Of a stretch of DNA of 29,964 bases, positions 29,460 through 29,964 are shown piece after piece (the first letter of the stretch is position 1; every line of letters starts with the position of its first letter). The DNA comes from Phycisphaerales bacterium. GTDB taxonomy: Bacteria > Planctomycetota > Phycisphaerae > WQYP01. Location: assembly GCA_027451365.1 (NCBI GenBank), contig DAIDJN010000022.1, positions 1 through 29,964 of the forward strand, read 5' to 3'. The position numbers were made by a program, and so were the translations under genes. Below the pieces are notes generated by a model. It searched no databases. It saw nothing but the letters and a program-made list of their open reading frames with translations, and was not told the DNA's origin.

Positions 29460-29775
29460 AGGTCACCTTGTCATATTGTCCCCTATTAATGCACCAATTT
29501 CAAGTTCGGGTTTCTGTCGGCAGGGCATTCTGTCCGGGTAAATCGTGGGGCGTAGCGAATATATCGGGACAACAGTGTTTGGGTTGGCAACGAAACCTGC
29601 AAGTGAACTCAGACAGCGGCCCTGCGGCCAAATATCCGATTCCCGATAAAAATGACCACACACTTGCCCCGAGCTGCGTCACAATTTGCATTGCGTGGCA
29701 GTCCTTTTTGGCGGGAGGGTTTGTTATGAACCGCGGATCACGCCGATTCCGCGGATAAAATGGTTCGACCGCCAG

Positions 29776-29964
29776 TGTAATACTCCCCAAAAACTGGGCG
29801 CGCTGCTAAGGTAGTTTTTTCCCAGTTTTCGGAGTCTATTTTATGTCGGTAAAACGTCGTCAGTTTACGTCGCAGTTCAAAGCCAAGGTGGCCATGGAGG
29901 CGATGAAGGGCCAGCGGACGATTGGTGAGTTGGCGGGTTTGTATCAGGTTCATCCCTCGCGTAT
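29776..29964 (+). mobile_element. IS3-family insertion sequence, left end (partial)
   Basis: TG-starting IRL TGTAATACTCCCCAAAAACTGG at 29776, followed by a GGAG SD (29831-29834) and orfA. Confidence 0.85.
29843..29964 (+). CDS. IS3-family transposase OrfA, N-terminal part (not in the ORF track)
   Basis: MSVKRRQFTSQFKAKVAMEAMKGQRTIGELAGLYQVHPSR is a typical HTH_Tnp_1 start. Confidence 0.9.
   Translation, partial: MSVKRRQFTSQFKAKVAMEAMKGQRTIGELAGLYQVHPSR

Noticed and set aside
29575..29603. Resemblance to REP-like GTTGGGTT...ACGAAACCCAAC repeats
   Set aside because: Single, degenerate copy with a broken palindrome and no RAYT gene in the window.
1..29964. CRISPR arrays, tRNA or rRNA genes
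   Set aside because: No regularly spaced repeats or recognisable RNA gene motifs seen by eye; Rfam/tRNAscan not run.

Overview
This is a GC-rich bacterial chromosomal window around the replication origin. The gene content (dnaA-dnaN-dciA without recF, tandem DUF4159, DUF6655 lipoprotein) suggests Planctomycetota, possibly a Phycisphaerae-like acidophile; this is inference only. Core genes are dnaA, dnaN, dciA, folE2, pdxJ and dapA. Also present are an orphan beta-class DNA methyltransferase, a GH29 fucosidase, MFS and KimA/KUP-like APC transporters, an AsmA-like protein, a GT-C-like membrane protein and a degenerate Fe/Mn SOD. A clear oriC unwinding module (DnaA box pair, GCCC spacer, five TAC DnaA-trios, AT tract) lies at about 10.96-11.02 kb. 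It sits downstream of dciA and is inverted relative to dnaA. IS ends flank both edges of the window: an ISKra4-like end interrupts an orphan HK97-type portal gene on the left, and an IS3 left end lies on the right. The two best candidates for undescribed systems are (1) a tightly coupled three-gene cassette at 20.9-22.8 kb (TIGR04255-like, HEAT-repeat and ADP-ribosyltransferase-like proteins) that looks like a toxin/antitoxin/chaperone-type defence module, and (2) a tandem of a FliA-like sigma and a T4-gp55-like region-2-only sigma that share an upstream motif, near the orphan portal gene. All family calls are by-eye motif recognition; no searches were run.
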